NCBI GenBank assembly: GCA_951406725.2 | Contig: OX597818.1 | Span: forward strand, 37,262,001-37,326,000 | Length of the DNA stretch: 64,000 nucleotides | DNA from: Octopus vulgaris | Taxonomy: Eukaryota | Direction: 5' to 3' | Shown here: positions 1 through 10,700 of the stretch, piece by piece | Layout: every line of letters begins with the position of its first letter | Numbering within the stretch: position 1 is the first letter of the stretch | The notes under the pieces: generated by a model | Databases searched by the model: none | Seen by the model: only the letters and a program-made list of their open reading frames with translations | Told to the model about the DNA's origin: nothing | Position numbers and translations under genes: made by a program

Positions 1-1134
1 ACAATTCAAATTATTTACATTATTCCAGAAATAGGGAGATAAGCAATGCAAATTTAATTACTGATGATATTTAAATTAAAAAAAATATAGTAAATTCTAT
101 ATCCCAGATTAGAGGTTCAAATAATCAGAAAATTGTATTAAAATATTACAGACCAACAAACACATATTAGTGCATGTTATGTGTATAATTGCACATAAGA
201 TGATCTGTAATGTAGACAAGTTTTAGAAGAGATATAATACCTCCTTACATCCTCTAAAAAACAGATCAGAGGATTGTTGACAGGAAGGGCATCCAGCTGT
301 AAAACATTGTCTCATAAAATTATGTCCAATCCATGCTAGCATCGGGGGAAAAAATGTAAAATCATGATGATGACAATGATTTTGCATACAAAATGTGAAA
401 AAGTACCCTATACATCTAGACAGAGCATAAATTTTACTTTTGCTTGGAAAAGGCTAGCGGTGATTCAGAAGTTTTCCCAGTAACCAGTCTCATCGGATTG
501 TCTTTGTCTAACAACATCACTGAATCTTCAAAGTCCGTAAAAATTTTTCCATGCAAAAAAAAATATATATATATATAATGTGTGTGCTTAACTAAAGATA
601 TATACATGTCTGTTGGAACCTACATATATATGTATATATAATACATTTACATGCATAATATAAATGTAGTGTATGTACTTTTCTGTATTATGTTGTACAG
701 CTCCTGAGTTAGGACTTAGTGAATATGTTCTTAGACTACTGATTTAAAAGGTCACAATCCCAAATACTCTGACAACTACAGGATTGTATTGCTTAAACAA
801 CCTGCAACCCTCTATTTGTTTCAGTCTGTCTCGCTTCCTTGTTTTTTGATTTGTTTGTTTTATTTTTTTTTTTCCTCTCTTTTTAAATCTAAAACTTGTA
901 GTACCTCCACCTAGTTAAAATGTCAAACTCCATAGAATTATGTATTTTGAAAATGCTCAAATTATTTACATCACGCCTATAAAAATTTTGTTGGTGGAGG
1001 GGATGGAATTTGTGTATGGTAGTTTTCAAATCTATCTTAAATATTCAACACATTTTCATCATATTATTGTGTGCAAATGACCAGTCAGAAATGTTTTATA
1101 TAATTGGCCTTGATTCATTTCTCTACATAGAGTA

Positions 1135-1455
1135 ATGGGTAAAGAGCCCCTGTGGTTATGAATGACCATGAGATTGCACCTAGAAATTTCCCCTCCAAGA
1201 CACAAGCCTGGGCAAGGTTGTTTTTGGAAGACTGGCAATTGCCCATGCATACCAGCCTCCCCTCTCCATGCCACCAATGTTATTTAAGGGAAAGGCAAAG
1301 GCTGGTTCAGCTTGACACCAGTGACATCACAACTCAGTTCTACAGTTGAGTGACCTGGAGCAACATGAAATAGAGTGTCTTGCTCAAGAACACAACACAG
1401 AGCCTGGTCTGAGAATCAAACTCAGACACTCTAACCACTGAGCCTTGTACCTTCA
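1135..1455 (-). mobile_element. Degenerate tRNA-derived SINE (related copy at about 15250-15490)
   Basis: Minus strand begins with ggctcagtggttagagtg (A-box) followed by ttgtgttcttgagcaagacact, a CORE/Meta-like block also seen in other SINEs here. Confidence 0.6.
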
Positions 1456-1572
1456 TATTTCACTAAATGATATCATCATTATTTAATATCCACTTTTCCA
1501 TGAATACTGGGTCAGAAAGAATCTCTTGATGCAAATTTTCTACAGCTAGATACCCTTTCTACCACCAAATCT

Positions 1573-1751
1573 GGAACCCAACCTAGGCCCCCATATCTAC
1601 AGCATTCACCGCTGGAATAAGGAGTGGTTGGAGATCACGCGGTCATTAGCCTTAAATCGCCAGGCCTGGTTGGCATTTGTGAGAGATGCAGCATTGAGGA
1701 TGAATGAAGCCAGCTCAACCCACCCCGGGTGAATGCTGTAAGAAGAAGAAG
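1573..1751 (+). mobile_element. 5'-truncated RTE-clade LINE 3' end, inserted into an older SINE-like repeat
   Basis: Frame reads LEPNLGPHIYSIHRWNKEWLEITRSLALNRQAWLAFVRDAALRMNEASSTHPG* (RTE C-terminal A-x-[DN]R-x-x-W motif). (GAA)n tail. aaatct duplicated at 1567-1572 and 1752-1757. Confidence 0.75.
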
Positions 1752-2867
1752 AAATCTCACCTGTTTCCAGGTAAAATAATATTTCCCCTTGGCCAGATAT
1801 GTTTTACATGGAAGGCTAGAAATAAACATTGCTTATATGACAGTACTGTTTATTTACATCCATCATATTATGTAATATCAGGACAAGGGTAAACACACAC
1901 ACATATACAAAGGGCTCCTTTCAGTTTCCATCTACCAAATCCACTCACTAGGCTTTGGTCAACCTGGAGTTAGAGTAGTAGCCATTTGCCCAAGGTGCCA
2001 TGCTGTGGGACTGATCACTTGACCACACAGTTGCAAAGCAAGCTTCTCAACCACACAGCCACGACTGTACCTGTTGATATTAGAATAATATCATTGAAGT
2101 ATGAGTGAAAAAAAAAGCATCCCAGGTGAGATGGTTCATTTGAAGTTTTGATTGTCTACTCATGAGAAAACCTTCAGATTTTCATGATCATTTTTGTGTG
2201 CTGAAATCTTTTTCCATCGTTGTCACTTTCTTACTGATAACATCTCAGTTTCAATCTCTTCTCATCATGCTTGCTGTTACCCCTTTTTCATCTTGCTGTA
2301 TCTTTTCATTTTGCTTCTCCCTTCTTGCAAATCTCTTAGCATGCTGTTTTCTGCTCTGTTCTTGATACTCTCTATTCACTGCCCTTTTCTCTTACCTGCC
2401 ATGTTGCTCTCTTCCCTCATATTGATCTCCTTTTCTCATTTCTCTCGTCTCTCCTTTTGTCGTCTTGTCTTTTCTAAATCTTTCTTTCCTCTCATATACA
2501 CAATGTCTTAAGATCTACAATTCTATAACTGAAATCTTGAGTTTGGAATTTATTATCCCATATTTGTAGTGATAAATTTATTATCCCATATCTATAGTGA
2601 TAAATTCTGGTTATTCCTCGTAAAACAGAAACTGTTTGCTTCCAGAATACCCCAGAAGAGATTGTGAGATATGTTGTCTCAATTAAACTTATGAAAACAA
2701 GAAAGTAATTAATCATAAAATGTAATCCCAACAAACACCACAGGGTTAAGTTCAAGATAGACTAACATTAAATCTTAAAATTCACTAACCCAATATTCAC
2801 TTTGCGATCAAGAAAAGATAATGCTATACACACACTCATATATACACAAGCATTAGCTAGAATTTAA

Positions 2868-3087
2868 CCCTTTAGCATTCAGACTAATTTATTAAATGTA
2901 ATGTTTATGTATCCATATTTTTAAAAATTAATCACGTATTATCTTGTAGCTTCAAGATTTTGAAGATGTAATCATTTAATTTTAGAATGACATTGTAGGG
3001 TAGGTGGGAGAGACTCGGTCTGGTTAGTTTGAACATAAAACAGGTAGACCATTTGGGCCGGATATGGCGGGTTTAAATGTTAAAGGG
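2868..3087. mobile_element. piggyBac-type MITE
   Basis: TTAA at 2864-2867 and 3088-3091. Ends ccctttagcatt / aatgttaaaggg are inverted. Second copy at 54657-55230. Confidence 0.8.
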
Positions 3088-3868
3088 TTAAAGTGATTAG
3101 TTCTCAGTAAACTGTGTAGTTCTCTTCTTCTATTTGACACCTTAGAAAATGCATCTTTTATTTTTTTTTTTTTATGCTGATGGTCTAAAATTTAATAATG
3201 GATTAAGGATAGCTTAAACTTTTGTGATTTCTAAGTTTTGATAATTTAATGGGAACCAAAATATCTGTGTGAATTGGAGGTTTTATAGATTTGGAAAAAG
3301 TCACTTGTACCTTAAATTATCAGTGTCCACCACCGTTGCTAAGAGACAGTAGTATTTAGGGATTAACTAAAAGAAAAAGATGTTTTAAAACATCTCTTCA
3401 TTTTAAGCTTTATTCTACTCCCCATTTTCTTAAAAGAAATATGACTAGCTGTCGATGTGACTTCTGGTAATCATTACTGCAATTAGCTTTTCATTTCCTT
3501 TATCTAAATGGCAGGAAGCGCTCTTATGTTTTACTATATCTCCACTCCATAAATCTAATTATTTTTAGTATATAATTCCTTTCCTTCTTATATTTTTAGG
3601 AGTAGTACTTGTAGAAGTATTTAGGGCTAATCTAAAGAGAAAATATATCTAGGGCTGATAAAGATTTGATAAATTAAATCTGCTCTAGTATATGACTGGT
3701 TCTTCTTTTATCTTAGAATGAAATGGTTAAGTCAAAATCCAGCAGGATTTGATCACTATGTAATTATCTTTACACGTCTCTGATCTTTATTTTGTCAAGA
3801 TGTTGGATTATCACTAACTCTAAACTTTTTTGCAATATTTTAGTACCTTGTTGGCACTTACAAGTTGC

Positions 3869-4032
3869 CAGTGCCATCTTAAGTTATGAACGCACTTGGC
3901 AGTTGCCTGAGGGTCTCACAGGTCTATAGTCCCAATCATGATCTATGTATGCTTGATGTCAATAACTAAATACTAAAGGGCTGAATGCATTGATTTGCCT
4001 AGGGGTCCTATAATGCTACTAAGACAGCTCAG
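3869..4032. mobile_element. Possible degenerate hAT-like MITE
   Basis: Imperfect inverted ends cagtgccatcttaag / ctaagacagctcag. No clear TSD. Confidence 0.3.
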
Positions 4033-4088
4033 CAAGCTGCATATTATATATTTAATGTAGTGTCATTACACGCACACACACATACACA

Positions 4089-4301
4089 CAAGGGGATGCT
4101 GAAAATTTCCTGGTTTTGGAAAAAGAAAATACAAGACGATCAGTTAATTATGATTTTATTCAGCCTATTCTCCTCCCAGATCACACTTATTGCAGTGGCT
4201 CTTCAGTTTTTCTAAGCCTTGGAAAAAAATTTGATGGGTTAGGTCTCCAACCAAGCCTTTCAATGAGACCCTTAAGGCCAGGAACTTTTCAGCACCCCTC
4301 G
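4089..4301 (-). mobile_element. mariner-derived MITE
   Basis: TIRs caaggggatgctgaaaatttcctgg / ccaggaacttttcagcacccctcg. The interior minus strand retains a decayed transposase C-terminus (approximately GLEKLKSHCNKCDLGGE). Confidence 0.7.
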
Positions 4302-4477
4302 TGTTATTTGGATAGATTAAATCTTTTTTTTTCGTATGAATTCCATTTGCTTCTTCGTAAAATATTTAATAATCGTTGCATATAAATAACTTAAATGAAG
4401 TAAACCCTCAGCTTCTCTGTTTCCAAGAATTGGTATTACTTAACAAGACACCTTTGCTTTTTTTTTTCTTTCAGTTT

Positions 4478-4508
<31 letters not shown>

Positions 4509-6229
4509 GTAATCCCTATTTGTGTCGGAACAGATTGTCTGCTAACCCATTCAGATACATCTGTTTTTTGTGCTAGTGTTTCTCTTCATATTTTGATTCA
4601 AAATAACCCTATTTTATTATCAATAAACTGAAGAAACCCTAATCAAGGCAAGACCGAAAAATATTGACTTATCTCCCTTTCATTGAATTCTGTTCATCGA
4701 TAAAATATATCGTACTATTGAAATTTTATAATTCAGCAGTTAAACTTAATTGTAGTGTATAATAAAAACAGAGATGATGTATATTTGTCACTCGTGAGTG
4801 GAATTACAGGATGTTTGAAAATGTTAATCGCACGGTACACTACGACGTATCTATTTTTCTGACTCATGATAGTACGAACCATAGCATAGCAATTGTAATG
4901 ACTATCCTTATCTAACTATAATAGCATTTGGATTAACTTTATCAATACTTTTCCCCATTCTTCCGTATTTTGATTCTACTGGCTAATAGGGTTAATTTTT
5001 TTAACTTCTTTCTCCAGTTTCTTTCCCCTTTTATGAATGTGTAGCAGAAACGGTAAAGCATCGTGTTAAATGTCTTAAATATTTCGCCCAAGGGCAGCCC
5101 TAATTAAGTAGACTTACATTCCAGCTGTGGCCATCCTGTCTTTCCCCACTCCTTTCGGTATTGTGTATCTAGGATAATATTACCCGATGAAGCCTTCCTT
5201 TTTTTAAGGCAGTAGGGTGGGATATGAAACAGATTTAACTATTATTTCTAGCCTGTAGAGGTTTCCTGTCTAAATATTTAATTCCGCCCCTCTGCATTCT
5301 AAACTGAAATCCTGAAGGGTCCGGCTGTTTCATCTGCCCACTCGCTCTTCTCTATTTTTTTTTTTTACTAAATTAAGGGTCGATTTCGCAACAGATTTGT
5401 AGATTTCGACCAGTGAATGTTAAATCCAATTATCAGTTTTGTGATAAGTCTGTTAGTATATTTAATTCCAGATACATGTTTTCGATACAATTTCAGATTA
5501 AAACTAGTGTTGAAAATTTACACATTTACATGTACAGACACCTGAGATTTTAAATATAAACTATATTAATATTATACTAGGGATGGGGATTTGACATTTA
5601 AGGAAACAGTTTAATATATTATCATATTTATTTTAATGTTCTTAAATTATCTCAAAAATAACTATAAAATATTCTCTTTTCATTTTTATTTTTTAAATAA
5701 TTATGATAACGTCACTTTTCCTTATATTCAATATAGTTACCTTTAATTCGCCTTACACTTTTAATTCAAGTTCCTTTCAAATAGAAAAAGGCTCGCTGCA
5801 TTGTATATACTCGTGTATAAACACTTATTTCGAATTTCGGCGGTGGGGGTCTTTACCAATCACAAATTAGTGTTTGTATATTGTTGTGCGCGTGTGTATG
5901 TGTGTGTGTGTGTGTGATTGAAATTAATTTAGAAATATTTAGTGTTTTTCCTCATATACGCACACGCTACATAGAACACATCAAACTGTTTTAGAGAAAT
6001 GATTTCAGATAGTGCTCAGCTGATGGAGATACTGACTGCAATACTAAAAGGTTTGTTGTTTGTGTGTGTTCGTGGCGTAATGTATTTGTTTTAATGTGTG
6101 CAAATGTGCATGCTTAAGATCTGATGTTTCTTTATAGATAGAGGCAGCTCTAGTTACTATGTATCTTTGCAGCTGATCTCGCAGGTATATAGGAGAGAAA
6201 TCGCCTTTGCAAAACAACTAAAACTGTAT

Positions 6230-6800
6230 GTAGAGTGGTGGCAAGCGTCGTCATGATGGTAATGGTTTTGTTTGTTGCTGCTGCTAGTAGCAGTCTGCGA
6301 CGCGCTTTACATGATGATGGAGCGGAGGGGAGCCAAGCGTAGGGTGGCTCCGGTTTAACTAACCAACCGACCGACCAACCAGCCAGACAACTTGCTTGTG
6401 GTTAAAGTTAAAAAGTCAGCTGTGTCTGTGCGCATTCACTAACGCTAACACTAGGCCAGTGCTGCTTTTCCTTCCATAGTACCAGCAGAACTGTTGACCT
6501 AAAATAACTTCTTGTTTCACGGCATACCATATAGACAGATAACACAGTCGGGTTGCGAAACGTCGATAAAAGCAGCCCTGCGATTGGCTGAGTATAAATA
6601 ATTGTAGTTGGTTGTTGGGAATGTGGACCAATTATGGACTGCGTGACTGAGAAGAGTGCGAGTACGTGTGTGCGGTGCGTGCGTGCGTGTATGTCCGCGC
6701 GCGCGAGCTGACGTGTGTGTGTATGTGTGCGTGTGTGTGCCTGCACGGCTGTCTGTCAGTTTCTAGCTTGCCTGCATCATAGGCAAGCAGACATTCGTTT
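6230..6800 (+). promoter_or_regulatory. Probable core promoter of the DYRK1 gene
   Basis: Highest local CpG density in the window. ATTGG 6583-6587, TATAAATA 6593-6600, CCAAT 6628-6632, half-CRE TGACG near 6709, Inr-like TCAGTT 6756-6761. Followed by CT tracts and free of SINEs. Confidence 0.6.
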
Positions 6801-7650
6801 TCTAGCTGGATTTTGTATTTATTTATTTTTGTAAGCTCTCTCTCTCTCTCTCTCAAACCATCTGTATGGTATGTTGAGCGCTGTGTCTTGATCCTAACTG
6901 TCTGTTCGGCCTGTCTATATTACTGTACTTTCTACCACAACTCTCTACTGGGCTCTCTTTAACAGCTGGTGGTGTTCTCGTTGGATTGACTCTTAGATAT
7001 ATACCACAGAACAACTAGATTGGACACTAGACAACTTTCCTGTCTTTTCGTGTTTTGTGTCGTGTTTATATATATATATATATACATACATACATAACGT
7101 ATACAGGAAAAAAAAAACATTTAATCAAGTATCTGTTTCATTACAATCAACAGACAAGTGCCCTTTTTTTACAACACTTTTGCATCTATCTGTGCGTGTT
7201 TTTTTTCGATTGTGTTTAAACTTCCATTTACACCACCTATTAGTCTTTCTTCATACGCTGACTATATTCTAAATCGACCACCTTCGCAAAATCAACGAAA
7301 TCGAATGATCGACCGTATGTTTTGCAGGAAAATGTTCGTCTCTGGACACTCGGTTGCCGATTGCCGTGTAAAATCGTGTTTAGTAGTTTCCCCCATCTCT
7401 CTACTTCCTTATCATTGTTATTGTTTCTCTTCTCTGCAGCAGCACCGATGAAGAAGAAAAGTATTTCGCTATAGCTTTGGATGCTGACTCCCTCTCTTTC
7501 TCCATCTCGCTATCTCCCTTTCTCTTTCTTTCTCTCTCTCTCTCTCTCTCTCGCATTCTCATCTACTCTTTTGCAAAACTTGGCAGTTTCACCTTTTTTT
7601 CTAAGGTATGGCCTTCTGCATACTGAATTCAAAGGATTACAGAATTAATC

Positions 7651-7765
7651 ATGTTGGAGATGACTACACCTAATTCATTGATGAGTGAAAAATCTTTTAT
7701 AGCAAACCAGGCGATCTGGCTACAGCATGAGCAGATGGCTCATCTGCAGACGATCAGGTTGAAGC
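7651..7765 (+). CDS. Candidate first coding exon of the DYRK1 gene (MLEMTTPNSLMSEKSFIANQAIWLQHEQMAHLQTIRLK + 1 nt)
   Basis: ATG at 7651, 38 open codons plus C, then donor gtatgt at 7766. The phase-1 end fits the phase-1 acceptor at 59177 (C+GT=Arg, ...RLKRQLVKAG...). It lies inside the CpG-rich promoter-like region. I recognise no homology, so the splice is inferred. Confidence 0.45.
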
Positions 7766-10700
7766 GTATGTACCGTCTTCATTTTATTATTAACTATTAT
7801 TGTTGTTGTGTTTATTACAGAAACCTGTGTAATTTGTGCCCTAATTGTGCCCTAAACTTATCCCTGTTCCGGAACGCCCGCCCGTAACAAATAGCAGTAA
7901 GATACCGCGGTCGATTTTTATATCAATTATGACCCCATTCTTACAATGTAACCTTGTATTTAAAATAAATGTTGTTATCTTAATGCGACAGTGAGTTAAC
8001 AACAGTGTTACAACTCTGTTTCAGTTCTCGAGAGCATTGCTGACACTCTTACCTAGGACTTGAACGTTAACACTTCCTGTTTCTACTCTGGTTTCTTTTC
8101 CCCCCTGTGCATAACTTGTCTACATAATTTGATATTGTTGTTCTCATTTTTTGAAACTGATAGCTTTTACCTTTTAGTCTAGTGACAAACAGATTCTCTT
8201 TCTTTTTCTCTCTCTCTCGATCGCTGCTTATGTTATTCGAACTAGCTGCCATGATTATTCAGTTCCTCTTTTCTTTCTTTCTTTCTTTTTTTTTTGCTCT
8301 TAATTGTGTATCTGGTTGTTTGTTGCGACCACGTGCGAAATTAATAGCCACTTGTACTGTGCTGGTCTCCTTTCTCTATTTTTTTCTCGCTCCTTGTCTC
8401 GTTGCTACACGATGATGTTCCTGAGACTAGCGGTGTTAATTGTTCGATCTCTGCGTGTGTACTGGTGGTGATGTATGTTCAGATAACGTCCGCTTCTTTT
8501 GGTTGTGACCTTATCTACAAGTGTGAGTCCCTCTTATGCGAGGTCTTGTGTCAGTTTCCCCCCATGACTGCTGGACATGAAAATCGGTGTTGCTCCGCTT
8601 AGCATCTTTGTTTATTGATCCGCCCGCCTTGTGGTCCTGTTGCTGCCAACCCTTTCTTTATAGATTTATATGTTCGACCGCACCGTCTTCCCATTTACTG
8701 TATACATATAACACTTACTAAACACGTATATGTAATGTGTACATATGTATATATATATATGTGTGTGTGTCTGAAATATATTGCATTTTATGTATGTATA
8801 TATATAATATTATGAAAATAAAGAAATCATCTTTGGATTGATGCAGATACAAAAAAAAAAGCCCACGTCTACAGCTAACTTGCAATCAAAGTCTCCCTTA
8901 TTAATCCACTCGTGACTGGCTACTATTCTATATTTTATGAATATCAATCTGGTCGGCGCGCCGTTAGACACACCCAGTTTAGAAGCGGCTTGGTAACAGC
9001 ACTGGTTAGCGACCAATTCGCATACGATTATCTTTCTCCGTCTTATTTTGCTTTCAAACTCGGCTAGAATGATTTTTTTGAAATTTTATTTTCAAATAAG
9101 GATTAAGAATATTTGGGTTATTCTTTAATATATATATTTTCATTTCTAATTTTAGTTTTTATTTTTTCATTTTATTATTATTATTATTATTATGAGTTCC
9201 TTTATTATTTTTAATTGAGTTTTTTTGGGAAGACTTCAAAAATTATTTGAATGTTTCAAATATTTTCTTTTAAATGCGCTCTTTCACTCTCGTATTCACG
9301 TATATATAAATTTTATTTCCATATATAACATATAAACATGTACATTTTTTAGAACATTGTCATTTTATAAGATTTTGCTGGCAAATTTTTTAATTAACAT
9401 AAACATTTATTTACATTAAAGAAAATTACCGGAGTACTTAACATTTTTCATCTATTTCTATATATTCATTATAAACACCGTGTGTACACATAAACAAATA
9501 TATATATATTGTTCCAACAGGTCCTTCTTGACTGTGATGGCTAAAACTAAACATTCGTATGTGTATATGCATGCATGTATGTATGTATGTGTATGCACAC
9601 ATGAGGAAGTAATGTATGATAATTATCCTTTTGTCTGCTTCGAATAGTATATATAAACTGATCAAAAGCATCACAAAAATAAAAATTAATTGTCCATTCT
9701 TTGTTTTAATTTTATAGATTGTTGCCAGTCTTGTTAGTAATTCTTTTGTGAAGAAGGCTTTTTAATAAAGAAGTGAAATATTTGATGTGATGATCAGACG
9801 GCATCCTTCAATATGATTATGTATGTTTTATGTGTGTGTGTGGGTATCTATATATTAAATCCAGAATTTGTGTTTACATTATTTTGTATTTGTCACTCTC
9901 CCCCACTCAAAATAGAGATGGCTATTAAAAGTTTTACAATTTAGCGTTGCGGGACTTCTTATTCTATACCTATGTAATTAGAAGTGCTATGATTACTTTT
10001 ATTAAAGTATATGACAATAGCTGGCTAATCAAGCATAACCAACCAAGAAAAACGACAATGAATGAATTGTATGGTATGGTGTGTGTGTGTGGTTTTGAGA
10101 GCTTGTGAGAAATTCCTAGCCAGAGTTATCTAATCTTATGTGTCTGATGAAATATCTTTTCACTGTTGTTTTTGTCGAATCTTGACTCAGAAATTACGTG
10201 TTTTTCAATTTAATTACATTCCCAGTTTCTAAGATATCTTTTTAGATACAGGGAAGTGGTGGTGGGGGGGTTGTTTTTTTTCTGTTTTCCATTTATTTTT
10301 ACTGTCATCTTTGTTCACTTCTTGTATCTATATTAAAACAACTCTTGTGCTTCTAAATTCCGTCATGTGACACTTGCCAATGTTCTGTACATTGTGTTGA
10401 ACATTAATATCGCAGATTGGATGGCTTATGTGACACAAATAGTATTGTGATGTGTATATGTTAATGTCATGAGCAATATTTCATAGTTGGGTTTTGCTTA
10501 TGACACATTCAGTGGCCCACAGGCGCATATTTATGACATAAGCAATATTGCAAAGGCGTGTGTGTGTGTGTAGAACCAGAAATAAATTATGGAATGCTTG
10601 TTCTTAGCCTTAGTAACTAGTAAAAGTTTGATTTTAATTTTGTTATTTTCTTACTTGGTTTGGTTTCATTTTGTCTGTTACTTTTTCTTCCACTGTCTTT

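Noticed and set aside
435-540. Short GC-balanced stretch open on both strands (minus: TDFEDSVMLLDKDNPMRLVTGKTSESPLAFSKQK)
   Set aside because: No recognisable homology and no convincing acceptor/donor pair. It cannot be called an exon without transcript data.
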